From Botryllus schlosseri (lineage: Eukaryota), in NCBI GenBank assembly GCA_051294905.1, contig CM119378.1, forward strand, positions 6,386,001 through 6,450,000: a stretch of DNA of 64,000 bases, given 5' to 3'. Positions 13,426-26,500 of this stretch are shown one piece after another. Each line of letters begins with the position of its first letter. Within the stretch, counting starts at the first letter, position 1. Made by a program: the position numbers and the translations under genes. Below the pieces are notes generated by a model. It searched no databases, had not been told where the DNA came from, and saw only the letters and a list, made by a program, of their open reading frames with translations.

Positions 13426-16400
13426 CTAGTGTGCCGCGAACTAGTGAATCACGATAATATTGTTTTTGTCCATCCATTTATTGAGCATAACGATTAAGTT
13501 GCCATTATGGCATGGTGGCTGAATCCTGATTTCTGAACATTTTATTTCTTTTTCTGTTTTTTCTTTCCTTTTTGTTTTCCCCCGTCATCGTCGTCTGCAC
13601 CGATTGGTCTGTTGAAGGCTTTGCGAGGAATAGCCAGATAGTGTGAGGTCGTCCAACCCCTGTCAAATGGAGCAGACTTGCTGTGTTGAAGCGCAATATC
13701 ATTTGAACCCATAAAACTGTGGGAAGCTCGCCGGGCAACGTTTTTTTAATCGGCATTGGTGACGGATGCCCAGGCGAGCCGAAAATGATATTATATTGTC
13801 CGTGAAAAGGGGAAGTACCAATTTTGACAGCTCTGCAGGAGTTGACAGCGAAATGCTGTCATGTAGGTTTCAAATCTAAAGAACATAAAAAATGTATGCA
13901 TGATCGATCGATTACAAAGCGAAGAAATAAACGGAAGAAGCAGACACCCGACAAATCTCAAACTCTTGGGTTATACAATGGAACCTTTCGAGCGTCTCAT
14001 AGCATTATAATTCTAAAACACTATAAATGCAACTTTTTACTGCAAGTTTTGGTAAAATTAAATGCAACTTTCTCACGATTTCAGTGAAACAAACACTTGC
14101 CCTACTAATGACACTACAAATAGCTGCAATTCTCGAAATATGTTTCGTTATCCTGATACCGGGCTGGTTCGCTCCGTTGTTATGATAATTTCCCTCATAA
14201 AAGTAATGCAACCATATCGCAATACTACTTTTTACTTTACAGAATCCTCAAAACTGTTAAGGAGAAATGGAAGTAGTTTGAGTAGTCAAATAAAGTAGAA
14301 GAACTTCGTTAGTGAACGCCTCTGGAGATAAGATATCGTCATATAGTAAAATAAAATATAAAACCATTTATACTTTAGGTAAATGTCTATTGGTAATGGT
14401 TGCGACTTTCTCTTGGTATTTATTCACAGGAGCGAAAACCGTCGCATCCCCAGTATCATTTACCTGCTTATCATCTGAGACGTATCTAACGCAAGGGCCT
14501 CGCGGTGCATCTCCTTCCAATAGGCTGCTTTACGATCCTTCTCTTCAGCAGTCTCTGGGGCTCGACATTCTTCAGTTGCTATTTTATATAGACGTAGATG
14601 TAAATCATGTAACTGGAATTATACTATACATGGTCCCCGATACATAATTAATAATTGTCAATCATGGCAAACATTTCTCCGCGTCAAACCAACATGATGC
14701 AACGCGATAGCATCTATATGCTACCTCGTGCTTACCAGAGCTTCTTTCGGTAGTTACGTTGGATATTTCGGGAGACTCATTTGCATTTTTCTGGCCTGAC
14801 CTGCTCTTTGGCATACCTATAGTACAGGCGGGCTTTCTTCTTCCTAAATAGAATACTATGTGACCCTAACACTAACGAAAAATTAGGTGAGACTAACATC
14901 AATTCATCTTCAAACCGAAAGTGACATTAACAACACTTAGTTTATGGAAGGAATTCTAATCGACATTGTTACATCACAATAGACGCGTCTACCATCAAAG
15001 ATATACATGATGGTGTGAAATTGCTTGGGTTAATCCCGTGAAGTGTATCAGAATATATCCGATGATGGGGTGAATTTCTTCCACTTTGAGTTTTCGTTTA
15101 CAAGTCGATCTCGTGTGGCGTATGACCGAATACGCGAATAATGTTGAAAAATGTTTAATTTAGTGTGTTCCATGAAATTTGCCCATCAAGTCGTGGTTAG
15201 GATATTCGGAATCTCATCCATACGAAGATAACATGCTCCTTCTAATCAGATAAATGCCGTGAACTTTGCATATCAATATTTCAAGTGATTTCGAAGAAGC
15301 CAAATATCTAAGTGCACATCCATAAATACATATAGGGCCATCTAAAAACGATTACTCCATCGATTTTGGCTTTCTTTTTCGAACGTGTGATTTGAACAGA
15401 AAATTGCTAGGGACGAATCTTTGATAAAGAAAAGGAGATCGAGCATAACTTACGCGAGAATTTCCCGGGAGACGAATTTGACTCCGATTGAAACATTACA
15501 AAGTTCGTAGGAAAGGCAATGTCAGATATATATATATATAAGCCCGCGTCATATCCGACTATTTTGAAACGCTATATAACTTTCAGACGCTGATAATTAT
15601 CTGGATACATTTACGTCTTATAGCAAAATATGCGCCGTAATCCGCATATTACTGCAGATAAGAGAACCTTTAGTCTATTACTGTTATAGTCTAATCCGGT
15701 AATACAGTGGGGAGACATTCATTAAAATGAGTAGTATATGTGAAATTACACCTGCAAATCGATCAAAATGTCAATAAAAGGTGCCTCGTATACTATCGCT
15801 AGTTTTGAGTAGTTCAAATCTCTGAATAGATTCTTGGAAGTACAGAACCTCAATATACAGTTAAAAAAGTATATTCTTATTGATACGATTGTTGATATAC
15901 AATGCTATTTCCAGTTTTCTACTAGTTGCTAACCATTACCCCTGACGAGTGTCAGCCGAAAATATTCGAGCTTATTTCAATGACAACATACTTTTCCATT
16001 CTCAAATCGTTTACTGTCGCATTAGCACTAGCATGGAAGTATGCAAAGTCGGTTTTGGGTACATAAACACAGCGTTGTAACCAGGGGAGCGATCTTGACA
16101 TCCAAGCTTCGACATGGCTCTTTCGAGTAAAAGGCCGTTTGATGCGATAAAGAACCTATAGATTACTTATATATGAGAGAGGGACGGTCTTACGGCTTCT
16201 CCCGTGTTTGGGACTGCCGCAGCAGATCGGTGCTGCTCAGTGATCCACTCTATGATGCGGCTGAATTTGTTGCCACGGTTACCGCACCTACCGCAGGCCT
16301 TGTTCAAATTGGTAAGTGCCAAAACCGCGAGTTTCAAAACAACGAGCGAGTGTCAAGACCGTGACTTTGAATATGCCGAGGCATTGAAAACAGCGGAAAG

Positions 16401-17313
16401 GCTGAGTTCAAAAACATTGTTAAACTTTTTTGGACAGGTGTGTCTGATCAAGCCCGTGAATCACCGTTATCCTAAGTAGGCCTATAGCCGACAATTCTAT
16501 AATAGATTTCGCAAAAGCTTTGGTTGCAACAAGTGGGAAGTGGGAAGTGGGAAGTTATTAGTTCATCACTGAATATTGAAGGTCTATATTTTGGCAGACA
16601 GGCTTCATCGCTGACATTCACTCAAACGTGCCAGAATTTCATTGATATGACCATATTGGCTGTTCTATCATCAAACTAAATTGTGGAGCCTGCAGAGTGT
16701 AGAGTGTGGATCGTGGTTGCATGTACTGTATGCAGCAGAAATGTACGCTTTATTGCGAAAAAGAGACTGTTCAATCGCTTTATGAACAGCATGTTCATAA
16801 CATTGTTGGTGATATAGATTGTAAGATGCACGTTAGCGAAGTGTAAGTTGTAAGAGATTGAATAGGAAAAATCGTATAAAACGGGTCCCGATGAAGTTCT
16901 ACAGACACAATGAATGTTACTAGAAGATAGATATCGAAACGTCATTTATAACTGAGGATAGAATATGTAATCAGATTGTCGGAACGTATTGATATAATCA
17001 TTGAGATTATCACGGAGCTTAAAATCCTAGCCACTGCGTATTGTACTGAGGTCGGTTGAAAATCATATTCTATTACTGCTAGATTAGTTTAAGATCGTTT
17101 CGGACACTGCAACGACTATTTACAACAACTATTTTCAACTTTGTATTGACAAAACATTAATTTATTGGGTTCATCGCACCGGCGCTTACAATCTTAAATA
17201 CGTATCGTAGGTCTGCTTTCACATATCGGCTTTAGATAATTCCGAATCGCATAATATGATCAATGACCGTGCATTTTCACAGTCAAATTATTGTTTACTC
17301 TTAAAAATAATCC

Positions 17314-18008
17314 ATGAAAATAATCGGGATCACAGTTCTTCTGCTTTGCGTCGCCGCGTATTCGAGAGGACAAAGCATACAACAGCTTAGATCTATGTTC
17401 ACCGTCGGGAAACTGCGCATAGTCTGTTCGCGCGGACTTCCGTTCCGTTACCGGGTTCTTGAGCTGGAATGCTGCAAGACATACAAGCGTTTGATGGAGA
17501 AGTACTGGAAAAACGGTGACAGATATCTGTCTGAACATCTGGAATTTCTGCGGACCTGGAGATGTCCGGAGTTCGCGGAAGAGTGCGACGATAGGCGCTA
17601 CGCGTTCAATGAGTTCACGTCGCTGGTGTACGAACGCTTCTGTAACAGTTCGGAGTTGTCAGCAAGATGTAACGGCGTTATAAGAGACCTTGTTGATATC
17701 GACTATACCGGATCGACCACTCCACAGGCAATGATTGCAAATTCATCTAATCAACAATCATCATCACCAGATATCAATGCTACACTATGGGATGGAAAGC
17801 TAACTCAATTAAGTCAAGATTTATTCGCTGGTAGCGACTTAAGTAAACCCTGTGTACAAGTGGCGATGCTGGATTCGAACGGAGGAGGTTTCGGCTCATA
17901 TCAGGAAATTATGTCACCGTCGGTGCCGTTTTGCTCGGTGATTTGGTGCGGATTCTCGCGGGCAATCGTGGAAAGAGGGGTGTCTCTACACAGCTGCATG
18001 CCGACAAA
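17314..18008 (+). CDS. GPCR copy A, exon 1: signal peptide plus cysteine-rich ectodomain
   Basis: ORF MKIIGITVLLLCVAAYSRG (signal peptide) followed by C-x14-CC-x29-C-x6-C-x18-C-x8-C-x60-C-x26-C-x4-C-x15-C. It ends at a phase-2 donor AA|GTGAAT (18009) that splices in frame to the 7TM exon at 18600. Confidence 0.88.
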
Positions 18009-18599
18009 GTGAATATTATTATAATACTATTAGTGAATAGTTTAGTATATGTACTGGGAGAGCGAATGCTTTTTGATTAATCATTTTTTACCATAACGAG
18101 GCAACTGCGTCATGTATTGACCAGTTTGACACCACAGTACAAGATCAGTAATGTCGTTGAGTCCCTAGTTGAAACTCTTTCAACTAAAAGGTCTTTCAGA
18201 TTATCTTCAGCAGAATCGATAAAAGAGAGACTTATTGGCAGAGCATGTTGGTATTAAGCATTTCTGGGAATTATTTTAATTAATCACGAAACTCAAAGAT
18301 CGATAACACATGTATCGTGACGGTAGACAACTTTTTTGACTAAAACAGCCAACATTTCTTCCGTCCACAAGTGGGCAGTAGCAAATAACATAGATAGCTA
18401 CGGACCAGACGACGGGAATTTCAAAACGAAATATCCGTTCAGTACACACAGACAGCTAGGCAAAATTTGGGTTAACATTCGTCCGTACGACAAATAATAG
18501 AAAATAGACATCATTTTCTGTTCACTGTGCAATTTGTGTGTATGCATAGTCACGCACAGTAGATCCACGAACCAAACTAACTTATTTTATAACTTTCAG

Positions 18600-19782
18600 C
18601 TGCCGGGTCAACGTAATCATAACAGTGGCCGTGACTGTCATTTTATCGCTGACCATCATTATTTCCAACCTCTTGGTGATTCTGTTCTTCGCCAAGATAG
18701 TGTCGATCAAGAACGCTCAATCGATCTACAAAATTTCCATGGCTACCGCCGACCTTCTGACCGGGCTTATATCCATGCCATCTGTGGCGGCCACACTTTT
18801 CCTTTCAACACGGCAAAACTTGGCCCTGGCTCCAGATTACAAGCTGAAGTTGCCAGAATTTTCGAATCAATTCGTCAAGTGGGGTAAGGCGCCGATGCCA
18901 GGGAGGGATGGTATCTCAGTTCGCCATCCGACACGACTATCTCTGGATCAGGCTTACATTCAAGTTATCGCGTGTGTTACCGCCATATCCATCCTTGCAT
19001 CTGTCTATACTTTGGCCGGCGCCAGCATCGACAGGTTGTGGGCCGTGCATTTTCCTCTTCATTACAAATCCTTTAACACTAAAAAAGTCGCGACGCGACT
19101 AGTGCTGTCGATTTGGGCGCTCACGATTTTGATTGCGCTTTTGCCGTTTATGAACATCGGCCTGAAATACGCGCCGCTTTCCGCCGCACTAGTCTTGATG
19201 TCAGGAGCGAACGTGCACGTCGTGTATATATGCGTGTTGGTAGTTCCGCTTATTGTCGTTTGGACTGCAAATATAGTTTTGTACTTCTCAGTTCGCAAAC
19301 AAACGAAGCAAAGGTATAAAATTACTGAACGTGGGATCAACAATAAAAGAAACGGGGGAAAAAACGAACTGCAGCTCGCGAAGACTCTGCTGTTAATGGT
19401 CGGAGTATTCACAATATGCGTCCTGCCGATAGTGATATTGTCGTTATTGTCAATGACTTATTCGGACGAGTTGAACCCCGCTAATTTGTCCACGTTTCAA
19501 TTGTCTAAAGTCTTACTTTTCAATTCCCTTGACTACGTTTTTGTGATCATACTGTTCTGCAACAGCTTGTGGAACGTATTTATTTACTCGGCCCGCAACA
19601 AGGAATTCAGGAAAGCGATGAAGAGCCTTCTCCCCGGACTGTGCCCGTGCGGAGAAGAATCACGTAACACGGAGTTCAATTCTACTTCGGATAAAAACCA
19701 GTCAAATATTCAGACAAATATGACGACTTTGCCATTAGCAACTAGGATTCACAGCGAAGCAGGAACTTGTTATGAGGGCTAA
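18600..19782 (+). CDS. GPCR copy A, exon 2: class A (rhodopsin-like) 7TM orphan receptor
   Basis: Acceptor tttataactttcAG|C at 18598-18600; the junction codon AA+C gives N, then CRVNVII. Seven hydrophobic helices with ISN (TM1), SMATADLL (TM2), SIDRL (TM3), IW (TM4), FTICVLP (TM6) and NSLWNVFIY-helix 8 NKEFRK. Spliced CDS is 1878 nt (625 aa). Confidence 0.93.
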
Positions 19783-22700
19783 TCTTGTGTCGATAGTCAT
19801 TTTTTGCTTTAAATTTGGAGCTGAATTTGGAGTTTGGGAATCTGAAACGTACTTATCTTTGCCGCATGCATATATAAATGTAAAAAAACAGTTGAATAAC
19901 ATAGTTCCATACACAGAAGTTCACAAGCATATGTCTCGCACTTTTGTGTCTTCGCGTGAATACACTTGGTATCAGCCGCTGTCATACGCATATATAGTTT
20001 TCTTTATTTCCCTTCAATATTTTTATTCTATTGATTTTGTGTTTATATATATATGTATACAATTTAATTGTATTATTGGTCCAAGTCTGTGGTATTGCAT
20101 TACGATACATCCGTATCGTATAGTCTACATAAATATGACTTAATTATTGAGTGCTTCATCGAACATCGATCGAGCTACATCTTTGAGAGCGGGTTTACAA
20201 TACCTAACTAATGACAATAACACTCTCAGTGGCCTTGATCATACCAATCGTACGCAATGTGAATGCTCTCTAAACATGCATCATTTTTCTCACTGAACGC
20301 TGGACAGCTGCATTCGTTACGTTGTAATTACGTCCGATATGATTGGTATGTGGGCTTATCGATAATCAAGGTACATGCGGCTATTACCGCATCAATTAAA
20401 GGTCAGGCTCAAATTCTTCAGCAATATTTGGGGAGATACGGCTGTATGAGTACTGAATCCCAGCTTGTATGAGTGTCAAGTCAGATCTGTAATCTGTGTA
20501 GCTGTATTGGCGTAGGGGACGTTCCCCCCAAAAAACATTTGAACCTGCTTCACACAATCAATGTTAAATGTGATACCGTTTTAGCAAAACGTGCATGTCG
20601 GATGGTGGTTATGTTGGCACATATAAATTGCGAACATATTTCGATCAATCGCTTCAAAATTTAGTGTCAGAAATTGTCTGATTAAATGTTTAAAACTGAG
20701 TTATGAATGAAATGGATGTTGCATAGCAGTCAAAGTTGACGCTGGTATACACTGGTTTACAATACTGTATCAATCGAGGGTTACAAATTTGCATTACGAT
20801 AAATCTGCGAAGCGATTTATTCTGAAACTTCTGAATAATAATCTCGACTTCGAAAATTGTTCTCGTCGAAGTCTCAGGTTATATCGCTGTGAAAATGTGC
20901 GTTCTGCAGAGGGGACCACTGAATACGAATTTTTCCACGCCATGATCACAATTTCGATGGTACAGCTCACAATATCCCAGTGTAACATCAGTATGATATT
21001 CAACAGATTGTTATACGGATAATACGCGCCTATACTTACTATATAGATCCGTAGTTCAGAACCGGTGTTCCTGGAAACCCCAGGGGTTCGCCGAGTTAGT
21101 CTCGATGGATTCCCTTGCGGCAGACATACACTCAACGCATGCGCATGATTTGTGATGACACGCTCGTCTTATTATATTATTATAACTTCAATATTTATAG
21201 GCCCATCTGCAATTAGGCAATTAGTATCACGCTTCTTCGTTTCGACCGAACAAGACGACGACACTGTCCATGGTGAAGCCTCGCACTTCTGAAGTGCTAT
21301 CTAAAAGGGAACAATAGAAGTTTTATTGTCCTGATTTTGTGTGAAAGTTATATTTATTGATTTTTTTTTATCGCTTTTGATACACAGTTCCTTTTGTGCA
21401 CCAGTAAACTGTAGTAATGTATTCGATGTGTTAGTTAGTTAGTTAGCTAGATGGGTGTTGTGGTGGATTTTTCTTTTCATGAATCAACAAAAATTTGGGG
21501 TTCCCCGAAGGCTTTGAGATAATATGTGTTCTATTTCTGTTTCGGTACATATATTAAACAAAAATCAATTTAAAACAAACATGTTTAAAACAAGGCCCTT
21601 GTTCAAAATTTGTTTTTTATTGTTTTTATTTATTTATTTATTTCATTTCATGACGTCACGAACTTTCAATTGTGACATCATAGGGGATTGACATTGACAA
21701 TTGAAAATATAGGGTGAATTTAGCTCTTTGGCGAAATATCTACGTACTATAGCTGTGGAACCGACTATTTTGAGGGTTCCAACCATCCCATATCGTATAC
21801 GCCGCCGATATCGGGTGGTAATCGTCCGTAGGCTCATACAACATGTTTTTTCGAAAGCATTTACACAATTATGGCATAATTATACAACTTGAGAAAACAC
21901 ATTTCTTTTCAAAAAGGCCTTTGTTTGAAACAGTGTTGGGCTAGGTCTACGGGCATTATGGCGCGCATACTATACGTGTGCGGGATTATGTATTTCCACC
22001 GGTTGCTTGCAATTATATTCCTATCCGTCAGAGCATAGAATATATAAGTAGAAGATATTTTCACTAGCATTTGTATGGGCCAATTAGCCAAACGAGTATA
22101 ACCAATAACCACTCGAATATTCATCCATGTCGTTAGCATTATAGGGTCCTACTATTCGAACTATTCTAAACTTATTGTTGGAAAACATATGATGAGCGAG
22201 CTCTAATGCGAACACAAAGAGAATGCCTACTTCGCGTAATTTTACCGCCAATATATTTGCTATATATATGTGAATATCCACAAAGTAATAGTCTACAGAG
22301 ATCCTATAGTCGAATAGTCAACTCCATTCAACGTTGCATTGAAGATCAAATTACAAGCACAGTGTACAGACTGCTTAAAATACTATATAGCTTGACATAT
22401 TTGAAAAAATATTGTTTCCCCGCATCATCTCAGTCACTGCTTGTTTACTTGTCGTTGCGACTCCGCGAAGGTGCTTCACTGCTGATGCTAGATGCTATGA
22501 AGTTTGACGTAATTGCGGTATAGCGACCTATTGCATTGTGCCCGAATGAAATTGACGTGATACGGAGTCTCGAGAATTCCTGAAAAGAACTCCAATGCGC
22601 AGAAATCACGACGTTACGGCGACCGTATCGCCTGAGCATCTAGCAACGTAATCCCTTTAGGCCATGCATGGCGTAGGAATACCGAAGATATCGTTTCTTG

Positions 22701-23052
22701 GTGCGTTAAGTTGTCGAATAACTTTTAATTGCAAAATATCATATGATTGAGTGCGTGCTGCACATGTGGTAACAGTGTTGCGATCAGAAATGCAAGAAAA
22801 GTGTCTGGTTTCGCGATAGGAGAATAATAAAGATGATTTAGTTAGAAGAATAGAGTGACGACGCTCCATGAAAGTAGGATAAAATGAATAAATGTAAGCT
22901 CTTGTTATGTTGACATGTTTTGTTTTTACTTGTGGACATCATTGGAGAGGGTGTGTTACTATTAAATTTATTTTGAAACGCATTGGCGACCCTAGTATCG
23001 ATATTATTGGCTAAGAATGGGTTTCTTAATGCGGCCATGGTCATGGCTATGG

Positions 23053-23564
23053 TAGGGATGGGCAACGTCTCCAGTCGGCGGGCCTGATATGGGAAAATGA
23101 AGTACTTGGCGGACCGAATTCCTGAATCGATACTTAATCGCGTATTTATCCACCAATACCAGGAATAAATCGTTTAATGTAAACTTTATGTTTAAAGCAT
23201 AGATAACACACAGTATTTATTGAATTCATTGACGTAATGCACTTCAATAGCTGTTGAAGTCAATGAGACATCTGTGGTCGATCAAAGTTGTCAACAAGTT
23301 CTTTGAGCTCTGGCTGCGTGTCGGACGCAGACTAGAAACCCATACTGACTGTACTTGTACGAGTGTACGCGAACACCAGATAGATTGAAACGCAGCTTTG
23401 TCTTGTTAATGCTCATATTCGTAAAAAGAACTAAGGAATGACCTACAGTCACAATAATTAGAAGAAGTATGCACCTAGTGCGAGATTGTGGTAGACTGTG
23501 GCCGCGGGCCACAGTATCTTGTAAGACCGGAACCCGCTTGCGGGTCGTATGTTACCCACGCCTG
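23053..23564 (-). mobile_element. Charlie-type MITE, inverted relative of 27585-29064
   Basis: Both ends are reverse-complement homologous to the ends of the 27585 element; TSD poorly preserved. Confidence 0.65.
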
Positions 23565-26500
23565 GTTCAAGGGTTGATTGTGCGCAATACAATGAAGTTC
23601 AGAAGCAACCAATAGTTTCAATGACACCGCATTCCTCACAGAGTCCATGCAAGGGATCCTCAATCAGTGGACTATTGTACTAAGGTCTTAGTGTCAAGAT
23701 TATGACTCTTCGCTGTTGTTTGGTGATATAACTTGCATTATGTGGTCCATTTGCATCTGAAATATTTGTGTTTAGCCGGAGCGTATTCCTTGAATGTTGT
23801 CGTTGGAGCTTTCACGCTCGGTTTGATCAATCGGTCGGTATTGAGCTGCCGAACGCGTTCTGGGTTCTGACTAACTATAATGCTACATTCAAACCCCGAC
23901 TAACTATATAGCCGCGGCTTGCGTGCAGTAATTACGCAGGAATGTTCGGATTGTCCAGTGTGTAATATCGAATACGTAATATATGGTTTCGTGGTAGGGT
24001 AGCAGAGTGGTTTATTGGGTTTGAATATCGAAAGCGAACGGTCGCTCTCTATTTGTAACAGTGACTGAATGCCTGGAGCTCAAGTTCACATGCCGTGACA
24101 ACATAATCACCACGAGGATCAGTATAAGCAGCGCTCTTGTGGTTAGGGCCGTGAGCTCTTAAATTTATGATTAACTCATCGGGAAATTAAGCTCACATTG
24201 ACGAGAAATCTTTGAATATCTCCGTATTTCTATTTGTTTAAACTTATTGTACTTTACATATGCGCAAATGTCAGAGCGATCTCCAAAGCACCAATATCCC
24301 TGATGCCTTGAAATAAATTCACACTTTAATTGAGGCTTCGGAATGGTGATATTCGACGATGCTAACGAATGGCTCAAAAGTTAAGAGATAAGGAATGCCC
24401 GATGTCTGGATCAATCCTCTGGACGTAGCCAACAGCACGAAAATCGTACATCTCTTAGCAGCGGTTTGTGAATGCTGCATCCAATCCATATTTTCACAGA
24501 ATTCATCTCATTAATCATTCGATACTAAATTAGATTACGAAATTAACCGTGAGAGCAACGTTACATCCGCGACATGTACGGCGTGAACAGAAATACATGC
24601 TTTACTGCGCTGAGTATCAGCCACAGGACACGTTAACGTGTCTGTAAGAAATTCGGAGATTTAGTATAGTTTGACAGTCATATTGGTTTATGGCTTACTG
24701 TTAACGTAAAAAGTGTAAATATTATATCCTTAAAGTTAAACACGCATTATCACATCCTTGAATGTTCGATCGCGAATGTTTCATTAATTGCAATGTTTTC
24801 TGATGCATTTCAATACAGTATAGTTTAGTGATAATCGGGAGGTCAGAACCGGGGCCTACGTAGGCCCCGTTGGAACACAGTAACGAATATATAAGTTTGT
24901 TATTTACGGGAGCTAACTAACCTGTCGAAGTTGCTGCAAGCTTTAAAACGGGGCTTAATCGTGATTGCATAGCTATCGAGTTTGAGGGTTGAGTTATAGC
25001 AGTAATAGATAGATATAGAGGAGAGTAAACGGGAAAGTTTTTCGCGCTGCGCGCACGCCCAGCTCGTATTTGTTGCTCTGTGTATAGTCCGAATTACATA
25101 TTAGGGACGTGTCTGAACAGCCATAACAACCAAACAATGCGTTGGGATTGCAAGCATTCTGGTTGCTGTTTTAAATATTTTTTATTATGACGATAGGCGG
25201 GCCGTGAAATTTGTCACTGTCATCAAGGGGGCGTGGCCCCAATGGGGGGGCGTGACCCCAATGGGGTCGTTTGCCTATTCTCTAGGGTCGCGGAGACGAA
25301 AAAGAAGAATTTCAATGAAGCGGATGCTATTGGCGGCTTATTTCCGAATATTTTAGTTCATTTTCAAAATACTCATTGTCATACGAGAAATGCTCATTGT
25401 CTTCCTTGTGCCCGTAAAAAGATAGATTTTCCAACTTTCTAGGTCACTGTTATCGCTTTTATGGCTTTATAATACGTGATAATCGACTATACCCGATCGG
25501 AAATTGAATCATCCAGGTACTTGATTTTGCCTGTAGCTACTATAGTCACAATAAAACAATGTACCCTTCAATCGCGTGCACAATGCGAGCACAGTAAAGC
25601 CCAAACATGCCTAACTGTATGAATAGATATATTACTAAGAATACCTCTATGGTGAATAAATCGGTTTGTTGTTCATTTTATAGAATTGCATAATTATTTG
25701 TTCGGCGTTTCGCAATATTATTGTATACCCACAGAATGTTTCTTGGTTGGAAAATAGTTGGGAAATCACGTCTTTATCGCGTTGTGATTCGTCCAGAATA
25801 CATTTGTCTTGAAGATCCGGGATTCCAGCATGATTCATTGCGAGTGTTCATCGATGGGATGTAATCCAGTCTATGTTTAAGTGTATGCATCTTTTAGATG
25901 CACGCACGGCCATAATTTTCTGCCGCAAGCCTTGATTTAAGACGGCCAGTTGCTCCCTAATGGACACTATACTGTATAACGCGCGACTAGGAGTGTAATC
26001 TTGATTGATCTGCGTGAGATTGCGATCGCAGCGAATCTTAATGCGACAAGTCTCTACCGTTCTCCTTTCCTGTTAGATCATTGCGGAATTAATATTCATA
26101 GAAAGAACAACGGAAATGTGCAGAAATATAGAAAGAGACATAAAGTCAAGGACGGGCACTTGGATGAGGCCTGGATATCTGTGACATGTTGAAATATGAC
26201 ACATTACGAGATTCATATGGAGTCATATGCATTGTGCGAGGATACTTGCCCAAGTTACATGCATACGTGCGAGGATTGGTGCTTTACTTTTTCGTATTTG
26301 TAATTACAAGCAAGATCTGGTGTAAACGAAATGTTCGACATCGTGTTCAGACTGTTCAGTATGCAATCCTTGGTAATTTAGGAAATTTAATTCATTAATC
26401 AGACATGCGAACACGGTGCCATGTCGAGTCCGTATATCTCAGTGGTTCTCAACATTTGGTACAGGTACCATTAGTGTCACGCGAAGTCAATTCAGGTGGT

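Noticed and set aside
17314-19782. Reading each secreted ORF and neighbouring 7TM ORF as a separate ligand gene plus receptor gene (operon-like pair)
   Set aside because: The 7TM ORFs have no ATG before TM1 (the track starts are GTG). Canonical donors and acceptors join them in frame in both A and B at the same phase, so one spliced gene is the simpler reading.
21909-22281. Hydrophobic minus-strand ORFs with DR- and AN-like motifs suggesting another receptor pseudogene
   Set aside because: Motif order and spacing do not fit a 7TM, and the frames are closed by stops. Cannot be supported without a homology search.
23291-23512. ORF resembling GPCR TM1-ICL1 (LLLIIVTVGHSLVLF...KLR)
   Set aside because: It lies inside MITE 23053-23564, whose paralog at 27585 does not keep this frame; likely chance.
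24390-24490. Minus-strand GLDAAF...YDF segment resembling a hemopexin repeat
   Set aside because: One short motif with an in-frame stop; too little evidence.
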